Assembly: GCA_964016885.1 (NCBI GenBank)
Contig: OZ024743.1
Coordinates: forward strand, 26,412,001-26,476,000
Source: Eledone cirrhosa
Lineage: Eukaryota
DNA: 64,000 nucleotides
Reading direction: 5' to 3'
Below the pieces are notes generated by a model. The model did no database searches, was not told the origin of the DNA, and was given only the letters and a program-made list of their open reading frames with translations. This document shows positions 50,700-63,900 of the stretch, one piece after another. Both the position numbers and the translations under genes were made by a program. The stretch's first letter is position 1, and every line of letters begins with the position of its first letter.

Positions 50700-53053
50700 G
50701 TGAACGGTCATTAGTGTTACTGCTGAGGAACCTTTAGGGGACTCTGATCATGCTATGATCATTGCCAATGTATCCCTCATGGGCAGTAACAAGAACCACA
50801 ACCATCTCCAAACTGCTCACTTTGACTGGAATAAAGCAGACTGGAACTGTTACTGCACATCGTTGCAACGGCCAAACTGGCTTGAGTTTTACAACTCTGG
50901 AGATGTCAACACTGTACTCCAGAACAAACTGAGCTCAATATGAACAGCATGTGCAGCATCGGTGCCACGTAAGCGGAAAAAACATCCCAAAAGTGCAATT
51001 TGGGAGACTGCAGCAGTCCGTCTTGCCAGAAAAGAACGGCGCAATGCTGAACGTGAGTACAAACTTCACAAATCAGACATTAATAGGAAGAGGCGAAATA
51101 GATCGTCCAACCACCTCAAACAGGTGACAAAAAAAGGTAGTGCTTCAATTTGAGCAGCGCATAGCAACCAGCCCTGACAGTAAGGTGTTCTGGAAGTATG
51201 TTCACTCAAAGCAGAGGCCTCACTCTCCAGTTGGTCCTCTTCGCAATCCCCACACAAGCCAGGTTACTGACGGTCCCAAGGAATGCGCAGAGCTCATTGC
51301 TGAATGCTATGCAGGCATTTTCACTATTGAAGACCAGAATGTACCATCTCCACCACCTATGACACCGGACTCTATTACAACCATGGAATTTACACCTGCA
51401 ATGCTGCGACGTCACCTAAAAAATAAACGCAACCATGCCTCTCCTGGTCTTGATGGTGTTACGTACCTGCTTCTTAAACGTGGTGGGTACTTACTTCTGC
51501 ACCAGTTATCACGCTTCTTCCAATTCTGTCCAAACAACAGTGCTACTCCAGAACAGTGGAAAACTGCCAGTGTCATTCCTCTGTTCAAAAAGGGTGACCG
51601 CACATCACCTGTGAACTATCGTCCAGTCAGTCTTACTAGTTGCATCGCCAAACTGATGGAATCCTGTGTCAGAGAAACACTTTGGAACTTCTGGAGCTCT
51701 CACAGTCTTATCCGGCCCTCGCAATTTGGATTTATCCCCAACTCCAGCTGCTGTGATCAACTTATAGAGTTTCTTGAGGACATCACCCGGATCACTGATG
51801 GCGGCTCATGGGTGGATGTTGTTTACCTTGACTTTGCGAAAGCCTTCAATTCTGTGCCACACAAAAGGCTTATGGGAAAACTCTCTGCAATGGGTGTGAA
51901 GGGTGATCTTTTTAACTGGTTGAAGTCCTTCATTCTCAGTCGAAGAGAGGTAGTCACGGTTCTGGGACAGCATTCCTCACCATATTAGATGTCATCTGCT
52001 GTACCACAGGATCTGTTCTTGGCCCCCTTTTGTTTGTGGCATATATTAATGACATAGATGCCAACTTAAAGAATGCCACAGTACTAAAGTACGCAGACGA
52101 CATCAAGCTGTACCTTGAGATAAAAAGGACAGATCCTGAACACTATAGATCTTGCTTGCAGTCTGGCCTGGACACAATGCAACAATGGATCTCAGACTGG
52201 CAACTCAAGCTAGCTGTGGACAAGTGCACCACCATGCATTTTGGGAGTAAAAACCCAGCGTCCACATACTCCCTCCACAGCACTAATATCAAGAAGTCTT
52301 CTTGTGAACGTGACCTGGGCATTACGGTCAGTAGCGATTTGCGTTGGACGAGGCACGTCTCTAAAATTGTCAAGAGGGCCGAGGGTGTCTTAGCATCACT
52401 CAGCAAGACCTTTGTCAGCCGCTCTCCAGATATCTATTTAAGGCTGTACATGGCTATGGTGCGACCACAATTAGAATTTGCATCACCAGTCTGGAACCCT
52501 TATCTTTCTCAGAACATTGACCGCCTGGAAACTGTTCAGAGACGTGCAACCAAGCGAATACCCTCCATCAGGCATCTACCATACTCTGAGCGCCTTGCTT
52601 CCCTGGGCATGGATACATTGAAGCTCCGACGCCTGGCAACTGACTTGGTAAACACCCACAAAATTGTTAACCATGTTGCCAACAACAACCCTGAGTACCT
52701 TTTTGATTTCCATGTGTCTAACACACGTGGACATGCCCACAAAGTCAGAAAACAGCACAGTTCCCATGACTTTCGGAAACATTTTTTCACGCTCAGAGTT
52801 GCTGAAGCATGGAACAAACTACCTGCATCAGTTGTTAGCTGTCGAGACACTGCATCCTTTAAGGCCTCCATGCTTCCCGAGATCCGCCAACACTACAGCT
52901 AATGTTCCCTCTCCATACACATACCCACACGTATACCATGACTCATACACTGTTCACTTCCCTGACATTTGTGTATTATTCTATGTACTATACATACACC
53001 TTTGACTAGTTGTAGTGCACCTGAGCACTTTACACAATAATTTCATTATTATT
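50700..53053 (+). mobile_element. CR1/L2-type LINE, 5'-truncated ORF2 with stops and frameshifts
   Basis: EPLGDSDH, KVFWKYV, ASPGLDG, NYRPVSLTS, QFGF, YLDFAKAFNSVPH, KYADDIKLY, ERDLGI, VRPQLEFASPVW, TRGHAHK, FFTLRVAEAWNKLP; 3' UTR ends in (ATT)n. Confidence 0.92.
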
Positions 53054-53228
53054 ACATAATGTAGGGATTTTCTTTTCCTTTTCTATCATTTCTTATTTAT
53101 GTATTTATATATTTATTTATCTACTCTCGTGATTGATATTCCGACAAATGTTATTTTGGTTTTTTATTATGTCAGGTATAGCATCCCAAAATTTCTCCCT
53201 TCCCCGAATATATATATATATATATACA

Positions 53229-53310
53229 AACACAGTGTCCCAAAAAATGTATACACACTTCAACAGCAAAGTAATCAAAGTTTGTATATATTTTGGAGGG
53301 GACACCGTGT
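53229..53310. mobile_element. Tiny Tc1/mariner-like MITE
   Basis: Imperfect TIRs acacagtgtcccaaaaaatgtatacacactt / aagtttgtatatattttggaggggacaccgtgt, in a TA tract. Confidence 0.55.
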
Positions 53311-53374
53311 GTATATATATATTTGTGTGTGTGTGTATGTGTAACTAGTAAAACTGTAAAAACGCAGCGGTATA

Positions 53375-53563
53375 TTCTAATTTGGCCCTTTTAAGGGCCA
53401 CCTATATTTTCATTTAAGTAACTCCACTTACATCTATATGCTTTAATAAAAAAAAATAAAAAAACGCGTGAAAAATTTTTTTTTTTCATTTAAGTAACTC
53501 CACTTACGCGTGGTAGTAATACGGAAATAAACGGTTTTGCTTTCATCGGCTGCTTCGACTGAC
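53375..53563 (+). repeat. Dispersed copy of the histone-stem-loop repeat
   Basis: Matches about 26594-26825, with the stem-loop at 53384-53402. Confidence 0.85.
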
Positions 53564-53685
53564 GTAATGGGGATTGTTTCAGCTACAAGTAAAAATATTA
53601 CGATGTTATTTAATATATTTCTAAATATATTAAATAACATCGTAATATTTTTACTTGTAGCTGAAACAATCCCCATTACGTCAGT
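53558..53685. repeat. Perfect 63-bp-arm palindrome with a 2-nt loop
   Basis: 53558-53620 is the reverse complement of 53623-53685; the spacer is CT. Confidence 0.95.
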
Positions 53686-53912
53686 TGATAAGTTTTATCA
53701 AGTGTCAGAAATAATCTGAATATGGGGTGCATCACGTATATAATATATTTTAAGTTTAATTAACTTACAAATAATAGTTTTATTTATTAAAATAAAAATT
53801 ATTAAATGTTTCCGTACTTCGTATAAATATTTGTTAACAATTATCATGCAATCAGTGAAAATACTGATAACAAGTATTAATATAGGTATGTGATGCATCA
53901 TGTAGATTAGGC

Positions 53913-53966
53913 TATATAACAAGTTCTGGATATCACGTGGTATTATTTGTTGTTAACGACACATGA
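53913..53966 (+). promoter_or_regulatory. Candidate proximal promoter of the ASAH1-like gene (TATA-like motif, E-box, M-box)
   Basis: TATATAA 53913-53919, TCACGTGG 53933-53940 and CACATGA (reverse strand TCATGTG) 53960-53966, all within 100 bp of the ATG. Confidence 0.35.
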
Positions 53967-54010
53967 CTGCTCTCTCACTTCAGCTTTGATTGCCATCTCA
54001 GTTGTTGACA

Positions 54011-55177
54011 ATGTATGTGAAATTAATAACTGTCTTAATCTGTGTAGTTGTTACCGTCTCTGGATTTGCTCTAAATCCATTTGATGGCAAATGCGTTGAA
54101 AATGCTTATCCACCAAAAGCTTCTACCGCTGTTCCCAGCCTGACTATCAACTTAGATCTACCTGCTCATGATCGATGGAAGGAAGTGGCTCTAAAATATA
54201 AAGATTCTATGAAGAACCTCATCGGACTTATCAAAACCCTGGTAAAAAGCATACCTTATGGAGGCGACCTGATCATCACTCTTATTGATAAGTATCTTGA
54301 TAAAATTATTCCTACACTTCCTGCTCCTTATGCTGATGAACTGATTGGCATGGCAGACTACTCAGGAGTCAATCGTGGCGAGATACTTTTATATAATATC
54401 TTCTACGAAGTTTTTACAGTATGTACGTCTATTGTTGCTGAAGACAAAAATGGTGAGTTGTTTCACGCTAGAAATCTTGACTTCGGTCTGTTAATGGGGT
54501 GGGACATAAAAAACAACAGCTGGGCCGTCACAGAGGCTCTTCGACCCATGATTATGAACTTGGATTTCCAAAAGAACAACAAAACTGTTTTTAAATCTGT
54601 AAACTTCGCTGGTTATATCGGGGTCCTGACCGGTGTCAAACCTGGTGTAATTACATTAACTTTAAATGAAAGATTTCAACTTCAAGGTGGTTATATTGGA
54701 ATACTTAAATGGTTGATGGGCGACAATTCACTTAAATGGTCAGGTTTTTTAACCAGGGACACTCTTATGACTGCAACCTCCTATAAAATGGCTGAATATA
54801 TGCTTTCTACGCCGAAACTGCTAGCACCCGTATATTTCATCTTGGGTGGAACAAAGCCAAAAGAAGGATGTGTGATCACAAGATCTCTAGAAAAGTCTGA
54901 TATATGGGATATGTCTGATGCGCGTAGCTGGTACATATTGGAAACAAATTACGATCATTGGACAGATCCACTGGTTATCGATGATCGCAGAACACCGGCC
55001 AAAATCTGTATGAATAAAATCACTAAAAATAATGTCACCATGGCTAGAATTTACGACGTTCTCAGTACAAAACCAGTCCTCAACAAACTTACAACATATA
55101 CATCCTTAATGCAGGCAAAAACTGGACATTTAGAAACCCATATCCAAAATTGTCCAGATCCTTGCTGGCCTTGGTAA
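54011..55177 (+). CDS. ASAH1: Acid ceramidase (N-acylsphingosine amidohydrolase, Ntn-hydrolase), single coding exon, 388 aa
   Basis: Uninterrupted ORF from ATG 54011. Hydrophobic signal peptide MYVKLITVLICVVVTVSG; INLDLPAHDRW; autocleavage/catalytic Cys motif EVFTVCTSIVAED (Cys codon 54422-54424); HARNLDFG; ETNYDHW; DDRRTPA; C-terminal CPDPCWPW. These match animal acid ceramidases. Confidence 0.95.
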   Translation: MYVKLITVLICVVVTVSGFALNPFDGKCVENAYPPKASTAVPSLTINLDLPAHDRWKEVALKYKDSMKNLIGLIKTLVKSIPYGGDLIITLIDKYLDKIIPTLPAPYADELIGMADYSGVNRGEILLYNIFYEVFTVCTSIVAEDKNGELFHARNLDFGLLMGWDIKNNSWAVTEALRPMIMNLDFQKNNKTVFKSVNFAGYIGVLTGVKPGVITLTLNERFQLQGGYIGILKWLMGDNSLKWSGFLTRDTLMTATSYKMAEYMLSTPKLLAPVYFILGGTKPKEGCVITRSLEKSDIWDMSDARSWYILETNYDHWTDPLVIDDRRTPAKICMNKITKNNVTMARIYDVLSTKPVLNKLTTYTSLMQAKTGHLETHIQNCPDPCWPW

Positions 55178-55479
55178 TATAAAACAAAACTTCATTCAAA
55201 AGAGTGAATATAAAACAAAACTTCATCCAAAAGAGTGAATTTTTAATTTCAGTGCTTTCTATATTATACACGATTAAACACTGAACCAGTATCTTCATTT
55301 TTAATGTTATTTTCTAAATTAATTTGTCATACTTATTATTTTTTTTATCGAGCAATCTTCCTTTCCCATTCCCCACATCAAAAAAATAATCGATTATGTT
55401 ACTTATTTTACTTTGAATTTTTTAAATGTAAATATTTGGCACTTTTGTAAAAAGCTTTCCAAAAACAAGCTATTTTTCT

Positions 55480-55485
55480 AATAAA
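55480..55485 (+). promoter_or_regulatory. Candidate polyadenylation signal of the ASAH1-like gene
   Basis: AATAAA ~300 nt after the stop codon, followed by a GT/T-rich tract near 55526-55542. Confidence 0.4.
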
Positions 55486-56486
55486 TATTTACTATATCAC
55501 TAATTGTAGATAAAATTTAACGCACGTTTTGTTTGTCTTTGGATGCTCACTACAGAAACAATTTCAGTCTTAGAAAAAAATTCTACTAATCTTCGACCAC
55601 AACTTAGCCTCCATCACCCCTTAAAATTAGTGTTAGGTCGAAGCTTTGAAAATTCTTTGGTGATGCTGATATAATTCCGAACACCTTCCTCTGAAATTAC
55701 GCAGTTAATTAAATAAATCCCATTTAGATACCGAAAATTCATTGAACATGCTTGTTTACATATTTGCTTAGAAGTTATTCAATAATCAATGTGGTCTGGC
55801 ACGAGATTTTGTGGGGGAAATAAAATGGGCGAGTCATGTTGAAGGTTTCTGTTGCATCTATCTACTTCTAAAATTCACTTTATTTGAGGGACTAGCGCAA
55901 CTTCTGATCTTTTCTAAACATATAGGACTAAGAATGAATAATGTCATCTTGTAAAGCATGTCTGATATTTGCCTATAAATGGTAATGCTGCGAGTGTGTT
56001 GGCTTGCCTCAAAGTGTGTAGTTAACCCTTAAGGTGTGAAGTGCGGCTGATTGTCACACTTGATGGTGAATTTGCCCCCCCCCCTTTTTTTTTCTCTTTA
56101 TTTTATCATTACTGTTTAATGAATTATATATATATATTTTTTATACACCTTGATAAAATGATGTAAATTAGAGAAATCTACTAGGAGCCGAATGGGGGTT
56201 GTACAAAAATAACTTAGTTGTCTTGAATTTCCGAAACCAATAAATCTAGTTTTAGCGATTACTATGTGTGTTTACATTTGTAAATTACATTTTCATCTTT
56301 GCAAGCAAAATATACTTAACGTTTCATGTGATGTAGAAATAATTTCATTTTAAAAGCACCTGTATTACGAAAAAAAAAAAAAAGAACTTTAGTAAACGCT
56401 AAAACTAAACTTATTAGTTCTGGAAATTCAAGAAATTTTAACATGATAAGGTGTGTGTTTCTACAACTTCGCATTTTTCTCATTCT

Positions 56487-56518
<32 letters not shown>

Positions 56519-56545
56519 TGGATTTTAAAACCTATGCTGGGATGT

Positions 56546-56608
<63 letters not shown>

Positions 56609-56639
56609 TGTGTGTGTATGTTTACATCCCAGCATATTA

Positions 56640-56950
56640 GTGAGTTCAAATCCCGCCGAGGTTAACTTTGCCTTTCATCCTTACGGGGTTGATAAAATAA
56701 AGTACCAGTAATGCACTGGGTAATTGGTGGCCTTGTGCCTAAAGTAGAAACAATTATATTAGGACGGTGGATTGGCAGTATCGGTAGAGGGTCGGACGCC
56801 ATGCTTTGACGCATAGAGTTACGGCCCTTGCCATTTTGAGTTCAATCACGCCGAGGTTAATTTTGCCTTTCATCCTTACGGGGTCGATAAAATAAAGTAC
56901 CAGTAATACACTGGTTAAATGCTGGCCTTGTGCCTAACGTAGAAACAATT
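56640..56950 (+). mobile_element. Head-to-tail pair of SINE family B copies
   Basis: Truncated copy 56640-56757 directly followed by a full copy 56762-56950. Confidence 0.8.
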
Positions 56951-59347
56951 GGCATAGGTAAAATATATTACCTATGCCGAAACAATTATTATTATTATAT
57001 ATATATATAACTTAAAATTAAGTAGTGGCACCCCAATTTGAACTTGTTTATAGAATTCTTTCTGCCTTTGTCACTCTAAATATAAATTATAGCTTTTAAT
57101 GAATTCCCTTTTCTTTCAACCAATGACCTCCACCCATCCCACTCCCCCCTCTCTCCTACCACCAGAAAAGATATAAATACCACCATATTTATTGAGACAG
57201 TCAGATTCCTGATGTTTTCTCAAAACTGAAACAGTTCTAGTCCTGTAGAATCTCATCTATATTAAAACTTTTATACTCTGCTATGTATTGAGTACCTTAC
57301 TTACTGTGGTTACCTCCGATTCAACCCGGAATAACTTACCTATATATATAGTGTGTATATATATTGGAAGTGGGTTTTTAGAACTATGTAAGATGAACAT
57401 TTCATTACAAAGCATATTTTTACATAATAAAAATATTCGGGTGAGAGGTAAAAATACAAGTTGCACTACAATTTTTTAGGCATGGTTTAAACTTAATTAT
57501 TTCGGTAATTCAATAGTGTTAGGTTATTTATTCCCATTGTCGTTAGTTTGATTTTTAATTGCACCAAATCTCCACATTTTACAACAAAAATTAAATAAAT
57601 AAATAAGGCTTTTTACATATCACCGGATGCAAGGTCACAAATGCGTTTTAAGTGTGACTCTCTCTTTTGTGTGTGTGTATATATATATATATGACTACGT
57701 TATCCAATGTCTTTTCATTACCTTTATTTTTAAGGTGGTTGGTTGTGAAAGAGTTTGACTGTTATTTCTAGCGCTTCCCTCGTTTGCTCGAGGTAGTCGT
57801 AGTAGATTCTGCATAAGTGCTTGTAAAAAGAGCGTTTTGTAAGCTTGCCGTACTCTGTTTAATTCCATGTCTGAGTCATGATATAAACTTTTAACATTAT
57901 GTATCTTCTTTCCAATCTGAGTTCAAATCCCGCCGAGGTTAACTTTGCCTTTCATCTTTTCGGGGTCAATAAAATAAAGTACCAGTAATGCACTGGGTAA
58001 TTGCTGGCCTTGTGCCAAAGGTAGAAACAATTATATATCTTCGGGAATCCTTGACAATAGATCTCGATATAAGAAAACGAAAATACCATGTCTGAGCCAC
58101 CTGATTCATTGTGTGGTCCCCTCGTCGACTTGTGCGCGCATATATATATAATACGCATATGCGTATGTATAACCCAAACGGGGAGTGCCGTGAAAAAAGT
58201 GCCCCAAAACAAGAAGAAAGGCAAAATGGAGAGATTTTACATAATGAAAGCTTTACTCATTTTCACAAGAGAAGACATTTCTCACCCACCCCAAAGTGGA
58301 CAGAAAGAGTTGACAGGTCTGTGATAGACATGATATTCGTGAGAATCTGGTGAATCATTTTCATTTAGATAGTTCAAGATCTATTATCTGCAATACTCCA
58401 GCATGGCCTCAGCTGGAACAGGTAAAAAAGTAATATCTTCATTGGAAATGAATATGCCACGCCTAGCATCAGGTCCCATTCATTGATTTAAATTGTACAT
58501 TTGCTTCTTGTTTCTTCATAGCACTCATTTGCTTGCTGAGTGGGGTGGACCTCGTCAAATCTCTCCATTGCTGATACTATCTACCAGTCGCAACTACTGG
58601 TAGAAGGAACAAAGTGAATTAAAATGTCTTGCTCAAGAACACAACGCATCACCCAGTCCAAAAATTGAACTCACAACCTCACGATTGCAAGTCCAACTCT
58701 GTAACCGCTAAGTCAAGTGCCTTCTGAGCACTACTACCCAATATTTATATTTTTAATTTTAACCAGTTGAAGTATTTTACAATTTGTTAAAGAATCTGTA
58801 TTTATGAATTAGTCCTATTTTTAATTGAAAGCTCCTTATCACATCATTTAAACTAAATTTTAAAAGAAGAAAATAGATTAGTTTAAATTTTCGTGTATTC
58901 AATGTTCTCATCAATTTCAAGCCATCAAAAGATTAAGAATTTGCAAAGGTATATGATTTACATAAGAATTTGTATGAAAATAACAAAAATTAGTAAAAAA
59001 AACATACATTCAATAAGAAACTGACACTTCCATCCGAAAAATTTTTTTGCCATTTTAATACCAAACCGATTGAAACTGCCTTTGGTTCTATGATAAGCTG
59101 TTTATTTTAAAGTGTTTATATTTATCTAAAAACTTTCCATCATAATTTTATGTAAGAACTTTTGTTAAGCTATGTTCCAAACACAAATTTAATAACAAAA
59201 TAAAAATAGTTATATTACTAAATCACTCTAAATTATTCATTATTTTCAAACCCATAGCCAGTGTCTTTCCTTAAAAATATGGTAATGAAAGGGTTAGTCA
59301 ACTTAAAGCAAGGCATTATTACAGCGGTTACGTCCTCCCTTTACAGT

Positions 59348-59667
59348 CTGAGTTCAAATCCCGCCGAGGTTAACTTTGCCTTTCATCCTTACGGGGTCGA
59401 TAAAATAAAGTACCAGTAATGTACTGGGTAATTGATGGCCTTGTGCCAAAAGTAGAAACAATTATTACAGCGGTGGATTGGCAGTATCGGGGGGGGGGGG
59501 GCGGACGCCATGCTTTCCAGCATAAGTTACGCCCCTTTACGATCTGACTTCAAATCCTGCCAAGGTTAACTTTGCCTTTCATCCATACGGGGTCGATGAA
59601 ATAAAATAAAGTACCAGTAATGTACTGGATAATTGCTGGCCTTGTGCCAAAAGTAGAAATAATTATT
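59348..59667 (+). mobile_element. Head-to-tail pair of SINE family B copies
   Basis: Truncated copy 59348-59468 directly followed by a full copy 59470-59667. Confidence 0.8.
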
Positions 59668-59998
59668 ACAGATGATCACAAGGATGAGCATTCTCACTAG
59701 CATCATCTGATACTCCACTAAGACACAATGAGGCATGCAATACTCCAACCACTAACTGCCTAAAATTACCCGTTTCTATGATACAAAGATGTTTGTTTTA
59801 AAATGTTTATATTTATCTAAAATCTTTCCATGATAATTACATTCAAAGAACCTTTGTTAAGTTATATTCCAACACCACCATGATAAGTTATATTACTATG
59901 TTCCTCTAAATTCTTGATTATTTGAAAATCCTAGGTAGTGTATTTCATTAGAAATATGGTAATGAAATGGTTGTGTAGTGTCATATATGAGGTACATG

Positions 59999-60550
59999 CA
60001 GGGCTGGATTTAACAGGGGGTGAATGCCCTGGGGACCCCTCATCACACAGGGCCGCCTCTTCAAACTGAGCTCCAGCTACCTTTTAAGAACAAGGTCCTG
60101 ATCATAAACCTAATTTTATCTTTTAGAGAGTATGTTTCTAAAAATGTAATTGATGTCCCTTTTGTGTCAATTTATCAAAATATCTTTACTTTAATGACAT
60201 CAGTTGGCAAAAGTAGGGAAGCTGCTATATATGGTGTATGTATACATGTGAATGTATATTTTATCAATGATGGTGCTTGATGTGTATATATATTTATGTA
60301 TGTGTATGTGCGATTATATGCTTGTGTGATCTTTTCTTTCCTACCTCCATCTTTTGACCTCATGACCTGATAGTGCACAGATATATTTGAAGTAATTCAA
60401 ATCTTTTTATCTCTATTCAATCTCTACTGTCTTTCTCCCAATCTTCCTGATTATGTGTGTGTATATATATATGCACATATATGTGTGTGTGTTGTTATGT
60501 GAGGGACCCACCAAACCAGAACTCCCTTCCCAGGTCTAAATCTGGTCCTG
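59999..60550. mobile_element. hAT (Tip100-like) MITE
   Basis: TIRs CAGGGCTGGATTTA / TAAATCTGGTCCTG; perfect 8-bp TSD GGTACATG. Confidence 0.85.
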
Positions 60551-63479
60551 GGTACATGTTATATGGGACTCCACATCTAACTGTGATTCTGTTTGTCTTT
60601 TTGACCAATGTACAAAATTTTCAGCTATGTATTCAAATAACCTAGCAAATTTAAATATAGAATATATTCCCACTTTTGTACTACATAACAAAAAAAAACA
60701 ATATTACTACTCTGAAGAAGATACTATAACATGTTATGTAACACAATAGAAGGAATATAATCTATTTTAAGTTTCAAGTTGTGGTTTTGTACTAATGTTA
60801 GTAATAACTGTTGTTATAAAAACTATAATAAACGTGAATATAACAGAGTGTCTTTTAATTGATACAATGACTCTACCATGATACAATTCTTTTATCCCAA
60901 CACATAATCTGTTTAACCCTTTAGCATTTACATTACTCTGTATTTACTATTGTATTTTCATGGTAAACACTTTATTTCACATAATTATCTCACATAATAT
61001 CAAATCTATGAGATTTTGATATTATTTATTTTGAGAACAATACCTTAAAATAAGTATGAGCAGCCAGTTTGAACAGAAAGAAGTGAAAGAATACTGGCCG
61101 GATATTGCTGGTTTAAATCATTTGCCAAACATGCAACTCAAGAATATTTTACAATAATTACATAACTAAATATGAATAATGTTCAAACCCTTACTGCATC
61201 ATTATTTATGAATACATAGGTGAAATCAGACAAAGAAAGTCTACTGTCTAGGTGAAAACCAGTGGCACTGCTCCTCTTCTGAGATATCCAGAGCAAAGCA
61301 GGGAAAGGAATGTAATATCAGCTTTGAACTAAAACAGCTCAACATCAATGTTCTTCTGACACAAGATATCATCATCATCATCACCATTTTTCCATGCTAG
61401 CATGGAATATGATCTTATTAATTAAATCATGATTTACATTCCTCATGTGTGAAGACACGTGTCTCAGTGGTTTGGCTCAGGATCATATGGTTCTGAATTC
61501 AATATCCAGCAGTGCATTGTATTCTTCAGCAAGACACTTTGTTTCCTGTTGTTCCAGTCCACTCAGCTGGCAAAAATGAACCCCTTAGCATTTACATTAC
61601 TCTATATATACTATTATATTTTCATGATAAAGGCTTTACCTCACAATTATCTCTCATAATATCAAATCTATGAGATTTTGATATTTATTTTGAGAATACC
61701 TTAATATCAGTATAGGTGAGAGAATTCTGGTTGGATATGGCCAGTTTAATACTAACTGGTTAAGCTTAAAAAAAACCCAGCCTTTACACACCTTGTGTCA
61801 TGCTAAATCTCCCTGAGAACTATGTTAAGGGTATACATGTCTATGGAATGCTCGACCACTTGGATGTTGATTCCACAAGCAGGCTGTTTCTTTGATTGAA
61901 TCAACTGGAATACTCATCAGAATCAACAGAGACCCAGTACACACACATACATTCCGTGTGTAGAGAACAGATAAAAATCTATGTAATTAGAGTTCTTATT
62001 TGTTTTTGTTTCATTTCCTTTCATCACAGCTAAGGTTATGCTGGAGCTCTGCCTTATAGTAGTTAAGTGTTATGATATTTTTTAATAAAATACAAGTGAC
62101 TCTGTAATGTGGTTGATGGTAGGAAGGGCATCCAGCTGTAGGAAACCTACCAAACAAAGAGTCAGGAGTACTCTTCTGCTGTGTCTAAGACATGACAACC
62201 TCCCTATTGCTGGTACCATGATACATTACACTTGAGAGAGCACAGGAACATTTGTAAACAAGATGCTGGCTCCCAGTGGGAACATAAGTAAGTGAAATAC
62301 AGGCTTCCAGCTGATGTAAGAGGCCAGTAGCTCCACTTGAGTACTAACTTCATCTGTAATGCCTTGTCCAACCCTTGTTAGCAAGAAAAATGGATGTTAA
62401 AGGGTGATGATGATTAAGTCAATATATGTGTATATTTATAATATAATGAGAATAAACCTTCAAAATAGTATAATACTACCAAACAAATTTTAGCAAGAAA
62501 TATAGACAATTGACACAAGAACTTTGCCTTTGAACTCTGAAACATGGCAAAATTTGAATTCAGAATGTAAAGGTTTGGAGTTAAATACCAAAAACTGTTG
62601 TTTCTCCCACTTTCTGCTCCTGTGGATTGAAATATTAAATTACTAGAGTTTGCCCCACCGTACAATGAATAATTTTTGGAGTATTATATTTTTATCAATG
62701 AGTAACATCAAGTAATGTTACATAGATAAGATAACTCTAATTTCATGGTGCTTATATAAACAAAAAATGAAATGAATATAGCTATAACTTAAACAAAGAT
62801 AAAAAAAAATTCTCATCTGAATATTTGTTATCAATAAAAATAATACTATGATATTCTGATATTGAGGTAGGGGTGGTTTTCAGGTGCATGTGTTTTTATT
62901 GGCAGCATGACCCTCCAATGTATAACAATATATATATATATCATCATCATCATTTAATGTCTATTTTCCATGCTTGCATCAGTAAGGCTGTCATGTTATG
63001 AGGCTAGACAAGTCAGATGACCATGTCTTGCTCATACATGTTTTAGCTTGGTTTTCTATGTCTGAATTAACTTCCTAATACCAATTGCTTTACAGGGTAG
63101 ACTGGGTGTTTTTTATCGTGTTACCAGCATGGCCACCATATATTTGGAATGTGTATGACCAAATGCAATAACCGTAATAATAATTGTGAAAATCAGGTTA
63201 AGTAACTCTGAAGGTGGAAAAAAGTGGACAGAAGTGCCTCTCTTCACTTTATTTATAGGTGAGAAACGATAATGATGTGTAATATTCATGCCTTTAGTAG
63301 AAAACATTAACAAGGCATATTTAACTGGAGATTGAAAGTTTGTAGAATTGGTTTACTAAATAGTTCACCTTTGAACTAAACTAAAATGTCTACAGAAGGT
63401 CACTCAAACTGTGTGATATTCATGCCTTTTATAATGATATTAGTAACATAGCTAAAGTTAAATGGCTTTAACTAGAATC

Positions 63480-63900
63480 AAGCTGTTTCTGCCATGTTTT
63501 CTAAAACCAAATACATTCACCATCAACAAACATCAAGTAGATGAGTTTAATTACCTTGGCGTATATACCAACTCATCAAATGATATAAACAACAGGATAG
63601 CACAAGTATGGCCTGCTGTGACCTCGTTAGATAAGGTGTGGAAATCTGACATAATCACAAAAACAAAAGTTAGATTATTCAAAGCTACTGTGGAATCAAT
63701 CTTACTGTATCTCTGAATCATGATCAGTGACAAAACTTATCTCCAAAGCTTTAGATGGTTTTTACACTTGAATGCTAAGAAGGATAACAAAACATCAAAC
63801 ATCTTGACTGTGTTACAAATAAAATTCTCTACAGCGACCTCCCACTCATTAGCCATACCAAGAGAAGCCACAAATCTGCTACAAAACCTTACTATGGGAG
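63480..63900 (+). pseudogene. Old RTE-like RT C-terminal remnant
   Basis: VDEFNYLGVY...DINNRIAQVW...VWKSDIITKTKVRLFKATVESILLY. Confidence 0.7.

Noticed and set aside
53990-54010. ORF-track start of ASAH1 at 53990
   Set aside because: It is a TTG codon. ATG 54011 directly precedes the signal peptide.
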